Source: a virus
Strand: one strand, 5' to 3'
Virus record (IMG/VR): IMGVR_UViG_3300050120_000115
Location: 24,954 to 88,953 of that record
DNA length: 64,000 nt
Shown: positions 31,176-39,216 of the stretch, one piece after another
How the letters are laid out: each line of letters begins with the position of its first letter
How positions within the stretch are numbered: the first letter of the stretch is position 1
Notes under the pieces: model-generated
What the model saw: the letters and a program-made list of their open reading frames with translations, nothing else
Database searches by the model: none
Told to the model about the DNA's origin: nothing
Program-made: the position numbers and the translations under genes

Positions 31176-31508
31176 GAGTTCGGAGTACGCTTCTTCAGGT
31201 TCCATTCCCCGCGCGGAGAATTCTGAACGTTGTTTGCTGGTAGATCCGCCCCACGTATCCGTCACTTCTGGATTTTCCATCGCGTAAGTAAAACACTCTT
31301 TACGAACTGGGCAACGTCTACAGATTTCCAATCCACGCTGAGCATATGCCGACTGGCCTTGGCCCGCGAACCACAGCTCCGTAGGTTCGCCGTTGCACAG
31401 AGCATCATACATCCATGGTGGGCGTTGACGACGTAACATCATTACAAAAGTGGCGATTTCCCATTCGGTAAACGAGATGACTGGATGAGAATCATTACTA
31501 TTGCTCAC
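31149..31508 (-). CDS. whiB: WhiB family transcription factor
   Basis: WM..ALC.....WF...ICRRCPVRKEC..YA...TWGG....R. Confidence 0.9.
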   Translation of the reverse strand: MSNSNDSHPVISFTEWEIATFVMMLRRQRPPWMYDALCNGEPTELWFAGQGQSAYAQRGLEICRRCPVRKECFTYAMENPEVTDTWGGSTSKQRSEFSARGMEPEEAYSELLDSETIPS

Positions 31509-31659
31509 TTAGGTTCAACTCCTTGTAAATATGGAGATGAGCTGCGGCATGAGCCATTGGGCGATTGGATTCCCTACCTGAAAGATTTCCACACGAACAT
31601 GTTAATTTAAAACCATCCCCATCTGGGGTAATGTCTACATAGTGTGTGGTATTCTTCAT
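31498..31659 (-). CDS. Small Zn-finger protein
   Basis: MKNTTH...CSCG...AAHLH; coupled to its neighbours. Confidence 0.5.
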   Translation of the reverse strand: MKNTTHYVDITPDGDGFKLTCSCGNLSGRESNRPMAHAAAHLHIYKELNLSEQ

Positions 31660-32066
31660 TCTATAAAGCCCCTTAGTTTTGCTTCTTTTGGATTTATGGT
31701 GACATAGTGGTGGCATATTCTACATGCCGCACGGAATTGCTGATTTTCGTCACCGTTATTCGGGACCTTATTTCCTCCGCGCGAGCGAAGTTTTACTTCG
31801 TGTACATCAACTGCTTCGCCCTGGCACTCATCATTCCAGCGTATCTCACACTCGGGATGACGGTCCAGAAAATCTTGAACGAACGGTATACGCTCTTCTT
31901 CATAAAACTTCTGAGTCTTCTCAGATCTAGCTGCTATCTTCTTCCCCCCTCTTCGCAGGGGGGATTTTTGCTTAATGGACTCCGAGATACTGGTCGAGCT
32001 GCTCCGCGTAAACGGAGTTCTCGCGAGAGAGCCGTGCGATTTCAAAGTCTTTCTTTTCAATGACAT
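31656..32066 (-). CDS. HNH endonuclease-like protein
   Basis: Basic N-terminus; CE....C...A.DVHE...RSRGG...CR.CH.....P.EA...G. Confidence 0.75.
   Translation of the reverse strand: MSLKRKTLKSHGSLARTPFTRSSSTSISESIKQKSPLRRGGKKIAARSEKTQKFYEEERIPFVQDFLDRHPECEIRWNDECQGEAVDVHEVKLRSRGGNKVPNNGDENQQFRAACRICHHYVTINPKEAKLRGFIE
31943..31970 (+). terminator. Plus-strand terminator-like hairpin facing the convergent operon
   Basis: TCCCCCCT-CTTCGC-AGGGGGGA followed by TTTTTG. Confidence 0.5.
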
Positions 32067-32133
32067 GTTCTAACTCAAAAATCTGGGACTCAAGCCCGTG
32101 TATATAGTCTAGAGTGGCCTCATCATATTCCAT
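31972..32133 (-). CDS. Small acidic coiled-coil protein (53 aa, not in ORF track)
   Basis: GGAGG RBS; MEYDEATLDYIHGLESQIFELEHVIEKKDFEIARLSRENSVYAEQLDQYLGVH. Confidence 0.5.
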   Translation of the reverse strand: MEYDEATLDYIHGLESQIFELEHVIEKKDFEIARLSRENSVYAEQLDQYLGVH

Positions 32134-32136
32134 ACT

Positions 32137-32508
32137 TTACCCTCCTGTGCTTGTTCGGTAATTGGCATTCAGGGTTTGGAGCGCACCAATCTCGTCTCTT
32201 ATCGAGAACAGTGCTTGCTTGTGAGCCTCTCGCTTCGCGGAAGTGGACTCCATTTCAAAGCGTTCATCTTCAGTGTTAATGGTAGCAAGATCGTCAGCAG
32301 CATCCCCACTAACTTTCACTCCATCTACTACTCCCAAGACACGGGCCTGGAAACGTTCCTTAGCGAACTTTGTCTTAAAGGCCGCTTCTGCCCGACCAGC
32401 ATTTTCTATCACCTCTAAGTACGTACTGGTAAGGTGATCCTGACGGTTGATGGCAGAGCGCAACCTGTTCTCTATATCTATAATGGAAAGGGGAGCACGC
32501 TCAGTCAA
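32137..32508 (-). CDS. Helical coiled-coil protein
   Basis: 123 aa, all-helical, within the operon. Confidence 0.6.
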   Translation of the reverse strand: MTERAPLSIIDIENRLRSAINRQDHLTSTYLEVIENAGRAEAAFKTKFAKERFQARVLGVVDGVKVSGDAADDLATINTEDERFEMESTSAKREAHKQALFSIRDEIGALQTLNANYRTSTGG

Positions 32509-32510
32509 GA

Positions 32511-32840
32511 CTAGACCTCGTGTGTTCCCTCAACGTCGCGGGCCTCGCGCTCGGCGGTACGGTCATTCAACCAATGAAGTGCCTCTTCGAGCTTGGTAAT
32601 AGCCAGTGCGTTCTGACGACAAGCAAACTTACCACCGTTAGCAGACTGGTAGAAGTAGATGCGTTGCTTGGCCACCGCTATGAGAGTCTCCACGAAGGCA
32701 CCATTAGGTTCCTGCCGATCTTCTCCGCGTCCCAGGGGTCCGTTCTGCCACAACACGGAAAACCCAATGCCGGAAGCGTAACCCCCTGAGGGATTCCCGT
32801 CATTGTCTAGGTCATTAACTGCAGTAAATTTAGCTAGCAT
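32511..32840 (-). CDS. tad1: Tad1-like cyclic-nucleotide sponge (anti-Thoeris/anti-CBASS)
   Basis: WQNGP...NG...E.LI....R..FYQ...F.CR.NALAITKLEEALHWL..RT..R..R.VEGT matches the recalled Tad1 core FQ.G...G....LL....DRL..FQ...F..RENA.A.T..EEAL.W...R...R..R.V.GT. Confidence 0.75.
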   Translation of the reverse strand: MLAKFTAVNDLDNDGNPSGGYASGIGFSVLWQNGPLGRGEDRQEPNGAFVETLIAVAKQRIYFYQSANGGKFACRQNALAITKLEEALHWLNDRTAEREARDVEGTHEV

Positions 32841-32842
32841 GA

Positions 32843-32983
32843 TTATTCTCCTAGTGCATACTCTTCGTAGCGCTTAGCGGTTCCAACCACATCTACACCC
32901 GTTTTTTTAGCTGATTCAATGGCCAGTTGCAAAAATAGTGTTTTCAGAGCTACCAGTTCACCATCTATGGTCTTTTCTCTCAT
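32843..32983 (-). CDS. Small hypothetical protein (46 aa, not in ORF track)
   Basis: ATGA-coupled to the upstream gene; MREKTIDGELVALKTLFLQLAIESAKKTGVDVVGTAKRYEEYALGE. Confidence 0.5.
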   Translation of the reverse strand: MREKTIDGELVALKTLFLQLAIESAKKTGVDVVGTAKRYEEYALGE

Positions 32984-33222
32984 GATTTACCTTTCTTAAT
33001 GTTCTGTAGCACCATATTCTTGATGGTACGTGTTACTTGAAATCCGACTCCGGCGAGAAGGAAAATCCAAAGATGGTGAGTATGGGTGGCAACCGCCCAC
33101 CACACTAATCCAATAACCCCACCAGTAATGGTGATGATAAGAAGCGCCATTAATAGCACTCCACTAGCTACTACGTATGCTTGACTCTTAGTTAAGTCAT
33201 TGAGCGGTGACTGTTCTTTCAT
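32980..33222 (-). CDS. Small two-TM membrane protein
   Basis: Two hydrophobic segments. Confidence 0.6.
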   Translation of the reverse strand: MKEQSPLNDLTKSQAYVVASGVLLMALLIITITGGVIGLVWWAVATHTHHLWIFLLAGVGFQVTRTIKNMVLQNIKKGKS

Positions 33223-33668
33223 TGCGATTTCCTTTTATTTGCTGTTATTTTTGCGCAAGCCCTACACCTGCGCGCACCATCTGGATCAATGTACAGATTA
33301 CTTCCTTGGTATTCGTGTCCGCGAGGACAATGGGTTTTTCTACCTTGACCATTATCTATAGCATTATCCACATTAGACAATAATCTTAAATGATTAGGAT
33401 TGCAACATGGCCTGTTCTTGCATATGTGATCTACCGTCATTCCTTTTGGTATATATCCGTTAACAGACATCCACACAACTCTGTGTGCTGTTGTCCCCGC
33501 GTTACCTCCATCCCCAGTTCTCCACCCAATTTGTCCATAGCCATGATTCCCTATACTAAGTTTCCAAGGCCAACAGTCATCTTCTAACCCAATGTTAACC
33601 CTGTCAAAGACTCTATCTATTACTCTTTGAGGAACTTCTTGCGTGGAAGGCGGTGCGCACTTATCCAT
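33219..33668 (-). CDS. HNH homing-type endonuclease
   Basis: CWPW.....GYG...AHRV.W....G.IP....DH.C.N..CCNP.HL, followed by KTHCPRGH...C..C. Confidence 0.9.
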   Translation of the reverse strand: MDKCAPPSTQEVPQRVIDRVFDRVNIGLEDDCWPWKLSIGNHGYGQIGWRTGDGGNAGTTAHRVVWMSVNGYIPKGMTVDHICKNRPCCNPNHLRLLSNVDNAIDNGQGRKTHCPRGHEYQGSNLYIDPDGARRCRACAKITANKRKSQ

Positions 33669-33670
33669 GG

Positions 33671-34099
33671 CTAAAATGGAGGCTCTTCATCAAACGCATA
33701 CGTTACTGGAGCGGCCTTGGTATATCCATTTGTTTCGGAACGGGGAGTACGGAGAACTGAGGCAGTTGCCCATTTCAAACTTGGAGCAATTTCATCAGCG
33801 TTGATCTCAAATGCATTACGCTTCTCTCCAGTTACAGTTTCGTAGGAGCGCTGTTCTAGCCTACCCGTTACCACCACCCTGTCTCCCCGACCTAGAGAAA
33901 TAGCTACGTTCTCCGCTAGCGGACCATACGCAACCACGTCGAAGAAGGAGGTTGATTCCTCCCACTCTTGACTCTGACGATTCTGCCAGCGGCGATTGAC
34001 CGCTACTCCTAGCTGTACACTGGCCTGCCCTGAGTTCAGGAACTTAAGTTGTGGATCGCGAGTTACATTACCCGAAACCGTTATAGTGTTATCTGACAT
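33671..34099 (-). CDS. ssb: Single-stranded DNA-binding protein
   Basis: ITVSGN.TRDP.L.F...VAVNRRW...G.RV.V.GRLEQRSYET...ADEI.PSL, acidic DEEPPF tail; actinobacterial type. Confidence 0.95.
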   Translation of the reverse strand: MSDNTITVSGNVTRDPQLKFLNSGQASVQLGVAVNRRWQNRQSQEWEESTSFFDVVAYGPLAENVAISLGRGDRVVVTGRLEQRSYETVTGEKRNAFEINADEIAPSLKWATASVLRTPRSETNGYTKAAPVTYAFDEEPPF

Positions 34100-34317
34100 T
34101 ATTCTGCCTCCGTAAAATCGATGTAGTAATCCTTGCCGAGATTCAAGTGGGCTGGCGTTTCGGAGGTCTTAATGCTTACTGAGATCTCTCCGCTGGGGGT
34201 TGTCCTGAAGAATTCCTCGTTCTCCAGCGACGATCCTGCCTGCACCGGACGCAACTTGAAGTTGACCGTTCCATACATGTCTCGCGTCTCCGAATAGCAT
34301 GTAAACTTTGCTCTCAT
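34099..34317 (-). CDS. Conserved-looking small phage beta protein
   Basis: RAKF...EN..F...TPSG.I...G..YYIDFT.A pattern. Confidence 0.6.
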   Translation of the reverse strand: MRAKFTCYSETRDMYGTVNFKLRPVQAGSSLENEEFFRTTPSGEISVSIKTSETPAHLNLGKDYYIDFTEAE

Positions 34318-34326
34318 GATTATCTC

Positions 34327-35139
34327 TTACTTTCTAGCCAACGGTGTGTAATTCGGGTGTGCCTCAAGCTTGGCCTTAACCCGCTTGAACTCGTCTACTG
34401 TCAACTCATCGTTGGCACTGATGCTCCGGCCAATGATGTTATCGATGAGGTCACGCATACCCTGGTCGTCCATTCCGATGTTCTTGATGGATACAGCCCA
34501 GATCATTTGAGACTGTGCTTTGGAAACGAGGGTTCCAGTGGGCGCTGGTGCGGAGCCTGCAGTGTTAGCGATCTTCTCGTTCATCCCCGTTGTCGGCGCC
34601 GGAGCAGAAGGTGCGGGTGCTGATCGAGATGACTGCTGATTTTGCGCCGGGGCGGGACGAGGGGTTTCAGGAGCGATACCCACTACCTTCGTACCTACTG
34701 TATCGGGATCTGGGTCACCAGTCACAAGCTTGAACTGCTGCTTATAAAAATACTTCTCAGCCATTGACATAGCCGCCGCCATGGATTTGTCGTTCGAGTT
34801 TTCATTCTCCCCGACAACGATTGCAGTGGTGTGAGAATTGTCAGGGCCGGTCATCTCGTAGGCCATAATGACCTGAGCCCAGTGCTGGTGACCGATTACC
34901 GTTCCTTCATGGTTGAAGATATCAGTATCCCACGACTTAGCACTCTGTAGCTGCGGAACAATATTAAGATTTTCCTCTACCAGAAGTGGCTGGATAGCCT
35001 CAATAATCTGCTCAATGCCTACAACCTTATAGTCCCTTCCGCCTCCGATGCCAGCTACCTCTACACCTTTTTGAAGACGGCCAACCCTTCCGGTAACGGC
35101 AAGAATAGCCTCGTGAACCGACTTTGAACCTACAGCCAT
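34327..35139 (-). CDS. ERF-family ssDNA annealing protein
   Basis: K......Y......I...I.PLL....L...G....DK....A.S.A.KY....F...TGD.DPD, then a Pro/Ala linker and C-terminal helical domain. Confidence 0.8.
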   Translation of the reverse strand: MAVGSKSVHEAILAVTGRVGRLQKGVEVAGIGGGRDYKVVGIEQIIEAIQPLLVEENLNIVPQLQSAKSWDTDIFNHEGTVIGHQHWAQVIMAYEMTGPDNSHTTAIVVGENENSNDKSMAAAMSMAEKYFYKQQFKLVTGDPDPDTVGTKVVGIAPETPRPAPAQNQQSSRSAPAPSAPAPTTGMNEKIANTAGSAPAPTGTLVSKAQSQMIWAVSIKNIGMDDQGMRDLIDNIIGRSISANDELTVDEFKRVKAKLEAHPNYTPLARK

Positions 35140-35166
35140 TTTATTCCTCCAATTCGATCTGTTCTC

Positions 35167-35195
35167 AGTATAGCAGGTTGCTGTACTAAAGTCAA
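35167..35195 (-). promoter_or_regulatory. SigA promoter for erf-ssb genes
   Basis: TTGACT-17-TATACT with TGC extension on the minus strand. Confidence 0.75.
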
Positions 35196-35213
35196 CACGT
35201 ATTTCGTTTTTCT

Positions 35214-35444
35214 TTAATGCTCATTCATCAGGTGGATCATTAATTCGTACTCCGGGCCAGAACCAATGAACACATAAGGAGCCTTGGGTCGCGTTTGGAA
35301 TAGCCCCTGAGCAGGTTCGATGGTGTACAGATCTGCTAGCACTACTTCGGGATCGTTTTCCATGGTCGGGTCAACCAACACCGTTACAATATCCGACTCC
35401 GGGGGAAGGGTCCTTAAGTGCGAGACCAACTCAATTACATTCAT
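35214..35444 (-). CDS. Hypothetical protein
   Basis: M.V.EL...L..LP.E start typical of small phage ORFs. Confidence 0.6.
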   Translation of the reverse strand: MNVIELVSHLRTLPPESDIVTVLVDPTMENDPEVVLADLYTIEPAQGLFQTRPKAPYVFIGSGPEYELMIHLMNEH

Positions 35445-35680
35445 GCTATCAAGTTGAAGTGACTACCAGCTCTATATGCTATTTCCGCAACGCGGCCAAG
35501 ACGGTCTTCAATATCCTTGATCATATCGTATTGTTGGTTAACCACGGCCACCAGACTAACTATGTCCTGTCGCAATCCTTTATTCTCATCCCCCAGACGG
35601 TTAACCTCATAAACAATACTCTCCACATACTTGCGAGTATGCCAGCTATCAAAATCAGTCCACTCTGGTGCTCTAATCAT
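35441..35680 (-). CDS. Hypothetical coiled-coil protein
   Basis: ATGA-coupled ORF. Confidence 0.55.
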   Translation of the reverse strand: MIRAPEWTDFDSWHTRKYVESIVYEVNRLGDENKGLRQDIVSLVAVVNQQYDMIKDIEDRLGRVAEIAYRAGSHFNLIA

Positions 35681-35871
35681 AGGTCCTCTCCCATGCTCAT
35701 CTGCCAGTCATCGTACTCTCTGCTAGACCTTGACACTTCTTTGTCTTCAAGTTCCGTCAGCCTGTCATTCAACGCATCTACGTTAGCTACTAGATTGAGT
35801 ATGATGTCCGTGCGCACCTCTCCAGGAAGATCGTCCCACGGGATTACTGAGGACGTGCCTTCGCCCCACAT
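35677..35871 (-). CDS. Hypothetical protein
   Basis: TAATG-coupled start at 35871 (MWGEGTSS...). Confidence 0.5.
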   Translation of the reverse strand: MWGEGTSSVIPWDDLPGEVRTDIILNLVANVDALNDRLTELEDKEVSRSSREYDDWQMSMGEDL

Positions 35872-36932
35872 TATTTCACCAGCAAAGTTCGAGAACCGGG
35901 GGAGGACTTCAAGTAACGAGACCACACCTCAGGCTCAGAAGCTTCCAGAGATTTAGCATCAAAGGTTGTACGGTCCTGGCCAGACTTAAAGGTCAGTACC
36001 AGTTCGTTACTGTATACCGCTGCTTCGTGATCCCCTAGTCTAGATACAATCTTGGTACGTAGGGCCTTCTCTCTCTCGGTAGCCTTCTTAGTTTCCTCTT
36101 TCGCCGCGACGAAATTCTGCACCATTAGATAGTCATCGTCATCCATGTCGAGAACCTTGTCCGGGGTAGAGCGGGGGAAGCGGGCAGAGATTAACTCCTC
36201 CGTCGTGTCAGAGCCATCGATTTCTGGCTCAATCTCGTATACAACGTTAGCCCAAAAAGCGGACTCTGCCTCACAGATGTCCAGAGCAACCTTGTCATCC
36301 CAGATTAAATCGTCATCGGGGAGTTTTCCTAGTTTTCGAACGACCAGTCCTTGTCCGCCAACAAGAGCAGCGAAAGTAACATGGTATACTTCAATACCCA
36401 AAGACGCAAGAACGATGCCATAGTGGTAGCCCTGAATAAGATATGTCTCTGGTACCTTACCTTTAGCCCATTTGTTCGCCGCGCCGTTGGTAGCGATACC
36501 CGTGGTTTTAACTTCCACGATGTCTATGATGCCAGGGGGGATCTCCGTGCTGTGCCAAACCGTCACTTTCCCCGCTGGGAATTGCTCAGAGGGTTCTACC
36601 TCAACGTAGTCCAGGTTCACGAACATAAAAGGGTAGTCGGGGGAAGAGGACCAAGCAAGGACGGGCCACTCAACAAGAGCCTTGTTAAACTTCTGAGCGT
36701 AGGCTTCTCCAATGACTGGCTCCAGACGATGCCCCCACTCTGTCGCTTCGTTCCCTGTGAACTCTCTAACAGTTTTACCGGCCTTCTCACTCCAAAGCTG
36801 GAATGAACTTCCGTACTGATTAAGCCCCAAAATTGTACCGGCGTCTGACCCGCCGATGCCTTTAGCGCGTTCGGCTAGCCACTCTTCCTCCGATAGATCC
36901 CAAGTTGGGATTATGTTAACACTCAACTCCAC
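35871..36932 (-). CDS. YqaJ/lambda-exonuclease family recombination nuclease
   Basis: EEWLAERAKGIGGSD...LG...Y.S..QLW.EK...WGH.LE, NLD, EVKT, Y.IQ..HY. Confidence 0.9.
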   Translation of the reverse strand: MELSVNIIPTWDLSEEEWLAERAKGIGGSDAGTILGLNQYGSSFQLWSEKAGKTVREFTGNEATEWGHRLEPVIGEAYAQKFNKALVEWPVLAWSSSPDYPFMFVNLDYVEVEPSEQFPAGKVTVWHSTEIPPGIIDIVEVKTTGIATNGAANKWAKGKVPETYLIQGYHYGIVLASLGIEVYHVTFAALVGGQGLVVRKLGKLPDDDLIWDDKVALDICEAESAFWANVVYEIEPEIDGSDTTEELISARFPRSTPDKVLDMDDDDYLMVQNFVAAKEETKKATEREKALRTKIVSRLGDHEAAVYSNELVLTFKSGQDRTTFDAKSLEASEPEVWSRYLKSSPGSRTLLVK

Positions 36933-37201
36933 TCCTCTACTAATTCATACGTCTGTGCAAAGATGTCTGGTTTACAGGGATAAAACTCTTCAGCCACACC
37001 CTTAATTACGTAATCCCCCTGCTTGGCTATCATTGTTCCCTCTAGTGTTTCTATCTCTAGTTGCTTGATGTCACTGGTAGCAATCACGGGTTCAACGTAC
37101 TGAGAACCAGCTATCCATTTATTGATGGCTATGACGTGTGACGTACTTCCACCAAATTTTATGGCCTCTACCTCAACTGGTTTCTTACGGTATCTTGCCA
37201 T
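36923..37201 (-). CDS. Conserved phage protein (YRKKPV...TLEG...GD...FYPCKPDIF..TY family)
   Basis: Recognisable widespread phage family motif. Confidence 0.75.
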   Translation of the reverse strand: MARYRKKPVEVEAIKFGGSTSHVIAINKWIAGSQYVEPVIATSDIKQLEIETLEGTMIAKQGDYVIKGVAEEFYPCKPDIFAQTYELVEEWS

Positions 37202-37431
37202 TATTTTTTACCTTTCGCGAGACGAATACTACGGGCGATATTTTCCTCTAGATCTATCTTACCACCATCATGCAGGGAGGCACACGTTGCGTGGACGTTG
37301 CCCAGTGAAATGCCGGTGGCTTTTTGAAGGTCGCGGTAGGACGGACCATAACTGCGCTCCTTGTACCACTCCTTAATAGCAGAGAGTACTATGCGTTCGT
37401 TGTCAAGTCGTTTGTCCATGGTGTTCATCAT
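37201..37431 (-). CDS. LexA-type winged-HTH DNA-binding domain only
   Basis: VL..I.......YGPS.RDL....G.S.G.V......L...G.I......ARSIRL; no S24 peptidase domain. Confidence 0.8.
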   Translation of the reverse strand: MMNTMDKRLDNERIVLSAIKEWYKERSYGPSYRDLQKATGISLGNVHATCASLHDGGKIDLEENIARSIRLAKGKK

Positions 37432-37625
37432 TTCCCCCGCGCCAAAAAAACTCCGAGTAATTCATCGTCACTCATTCGTTGGGCCGCCTTGTCGGTAGCA
37501 GGTGCCCAACCCCACCAATTACATTGGTGGCAATAGCAGGGGTTTCTATTTCCTTCTCCGTCATTACAATAATACTGAGGGGGGTCACTAGTTAGGATCA
37601 TTCTTGTATCAGGAATATGTCTCAT
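37428..37625 (-). CDS. Small Cys-rich protein
   Basis: MRHIPD...LTSDPPQYYC...C.CHQC; start uncertain. Confidence 0.45.
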   Translation of the reverse strand: MRHIPDTRMILTSDPPQYYCNDGEGNRNPCYCHQCNWWGWAPATDKAAQRMSDDELLGVFLARGK

Positions 37626-37939
37626 TCCTCCCCCTCCGAAAATTCTGCATCCCAATCCTCTGGTGTTCCAAGTCTCACTACGTGGATGAAGAAGTCTCCA
37701 TTATCGTCATCCATCTCCTTGTCGGACATTGGTACCCCAGCATGATTCATGCAGACTTGATCAGTACAGTAACCATTGTCTACTCCATACTGTAGCCACG
37801 TATCAAAGTTCATCTCCGGCGACTCAATTTTTTCGGCGGGGAGAATACGGGTTATACCAGGACCGCATATTGGACAGTCTTCGTCATCTAAGTGACTCGA
37901 CTCGTAGTGCGTTTGCGCTCCACAGTTATATATTCTCAT
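37622..37939 (-). CDS. Hypothetical acidic Cys/His protein
   Basis: F..WL.YG..NG.C...VC..H.G.P.S..E pattern. Confidence 0.55.
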   Translation of the reverse strand: MRIYNCGAQTHYESSHLDDEDCPICGPGITRILPAEKIESPEMNFDTWLQYGVDNGYCTDQVCMNHAGVPMSDKEMDDDNGDFFIHVVRLGTPEDWDAEFSEGEE

Positions 37940-38948
37940 TGGTCTCCCCGAACATTGCCTTATCTACTGCCTCTTTAACCATGGCGTAAGTCTCAGGTTC
38001 GTTAGATAGGCGCTCCTTACCCTTCGTCTGACCATTCGCGAATTTCTCACCCTCGAAGTAGGTCCATGATCCGTTGTCCATCTTGGCGAGCACTCCCGTC
38101 TTAACTGCCGCGTCATAGAGGGAATTTTCCTTCGCCGCGCCCTTGCCCAAAATGATGTCAAACTTAGCCACCTTGTACGCAGCGGCCATCTTGTTTTTCA
38201 CTACCTTTACTTCGGTTTTGTTTCCAATGATGGTATCACCATCCTTGATGGCGTCCCGCTTACGAATATCAAGACGAATAGATGCGTAAAATTTGAGGGC
38301 GCGTCCCCCACTGGTCGTCTCCGGTGATCCGTATTGGACACCGATTTTCTCACGTAATTGGTTAATGAAGAAGAGGATTGTTCCAGAACGTGCAGTACTT
38401 GATACAAGTTTAGCTAGACCATCGCTCATAACCTTGGCGAGACGACCGATATTAGCATCCCCGATCTCACCCTCTAATGCGGCTCGGGGAACCATGGAGT
38501 TTACAGAGTCAATGACGATGACACCGAACCGTTCACTTCGTGCCAGGCGATTAGCAATCTCAAGAACCTGCTCAGCGGTATCTGGTTGTGAAAGGTATAG
38601 ATCGTCTACGTTAACGTCGAGGGCACGCATGTACTCGGGGTCAATGGCATACTCCATGTCAAGATAGGCGCAAAGAAGTCCGGCCTTCTGCGCCTCAGCA
38701 ACCAAGTGGATAGCCAGGGTTGACTTGCCGCTGGATTCTGGCCCATAAACCTCTACAATTCTACCACGCGGGAAACCACCGATCCCAAGAGCATCGTCTA
38801 GAGAAGGGATACCAGAAGAGATAGCCTCCGTGGGGACAATGGTATCATCACCCATACGGATGATGGAACCCTTGCCGAAGGTAGCATCGATGTCAGCTAG
38901 GACACTCTTAAGACGATCCTCCGTAGCTATCGGTTTCTTAACTACCAT
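37926..38948 (-). CDS. recA: RecA recombinase
   Basis: FGKGSI, GRIVEVYGPESSGKST, SQPDTAEQ, FINQLREKIG..YGSPETTSGGRALKFYASIRLDIR, VVKNK. Confidence 0.97.
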   Translation of the reverse strand: MVVKKPIATEDRLKSVLADIDATFGKGSIIRMGDDTIVPTEAISSGIPSLDDALGIGGFPRGRIVEVYGPESSGKSTLAIHLVAEAQKAGLLCAYLDMEYAIDPEYMRALDVNVDDLYLSQPDTAEQVLEIANRLARSERFGVIVIDSVNSMVPRAALEGEIGDANIGRLAKVMSDGLAKLVSSTARSGTILFFINQLREKIGVQYGSPETTSGGRALKFYASIRLDIRKRDAIKDGDTIIGNKTEVKVVKNKMAAAYKVAKFDIILGKGAAKENSLYDAAVKTGVLAKMDNGSWTYFEGEKFANGQTKGKERLSNEPETYAMVKEAVDKAMFGETNENI

Positions 38949-39126
38949 AGTAGTACCACGGACCCAGCGAGTAACCTAAAAGTGTGAGGGTTGTCTCTGC
39001 CTGATGGAAAAGACCTGCCTCGAAACTTCCGTCCTCGTGATCCTTGAATGCTTCCAAGGTCCCTATAACATCCTCGTATACGTCATTGATCGCCTTCTTG
39101 CGAAGTTGCGTTTTCAAACTGGACAT
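38938..39126 (-). CDS. Hypothetical protein, first gene of the leftward operon
   Basis: GAAAGGG RBS downstream of the promoter. Confidence 0.6.
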   Translation of the reverse strand: MSSLKTQLRKKAINDVYEDVIGTLEAFKDHEDGSFEAGLFHQAETTLTLLGYSLGPWYYYGS

Positions 39127-39147
39127 TTTTTCCCTTTCGTCTGTTCC

Positions 39148-39209
39148 AGTATAACATAAGTTCAGTCCCGAGTCAAGTCCTTGACTTCAGAAGTTTTTCC
39201 TGCTATACT
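39148..39209. promoter_or_regulatory. Back-to-back divergent SigA promoters
   Basis: Minus strand: TTGACT(39176-71)-17-TATACT(39153-48). Plus strand: TTGACT(39181-86)-17-TATACT(39204-09). Confidence 0.8.
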
Positions 39210-39216
39210 GTCCATC

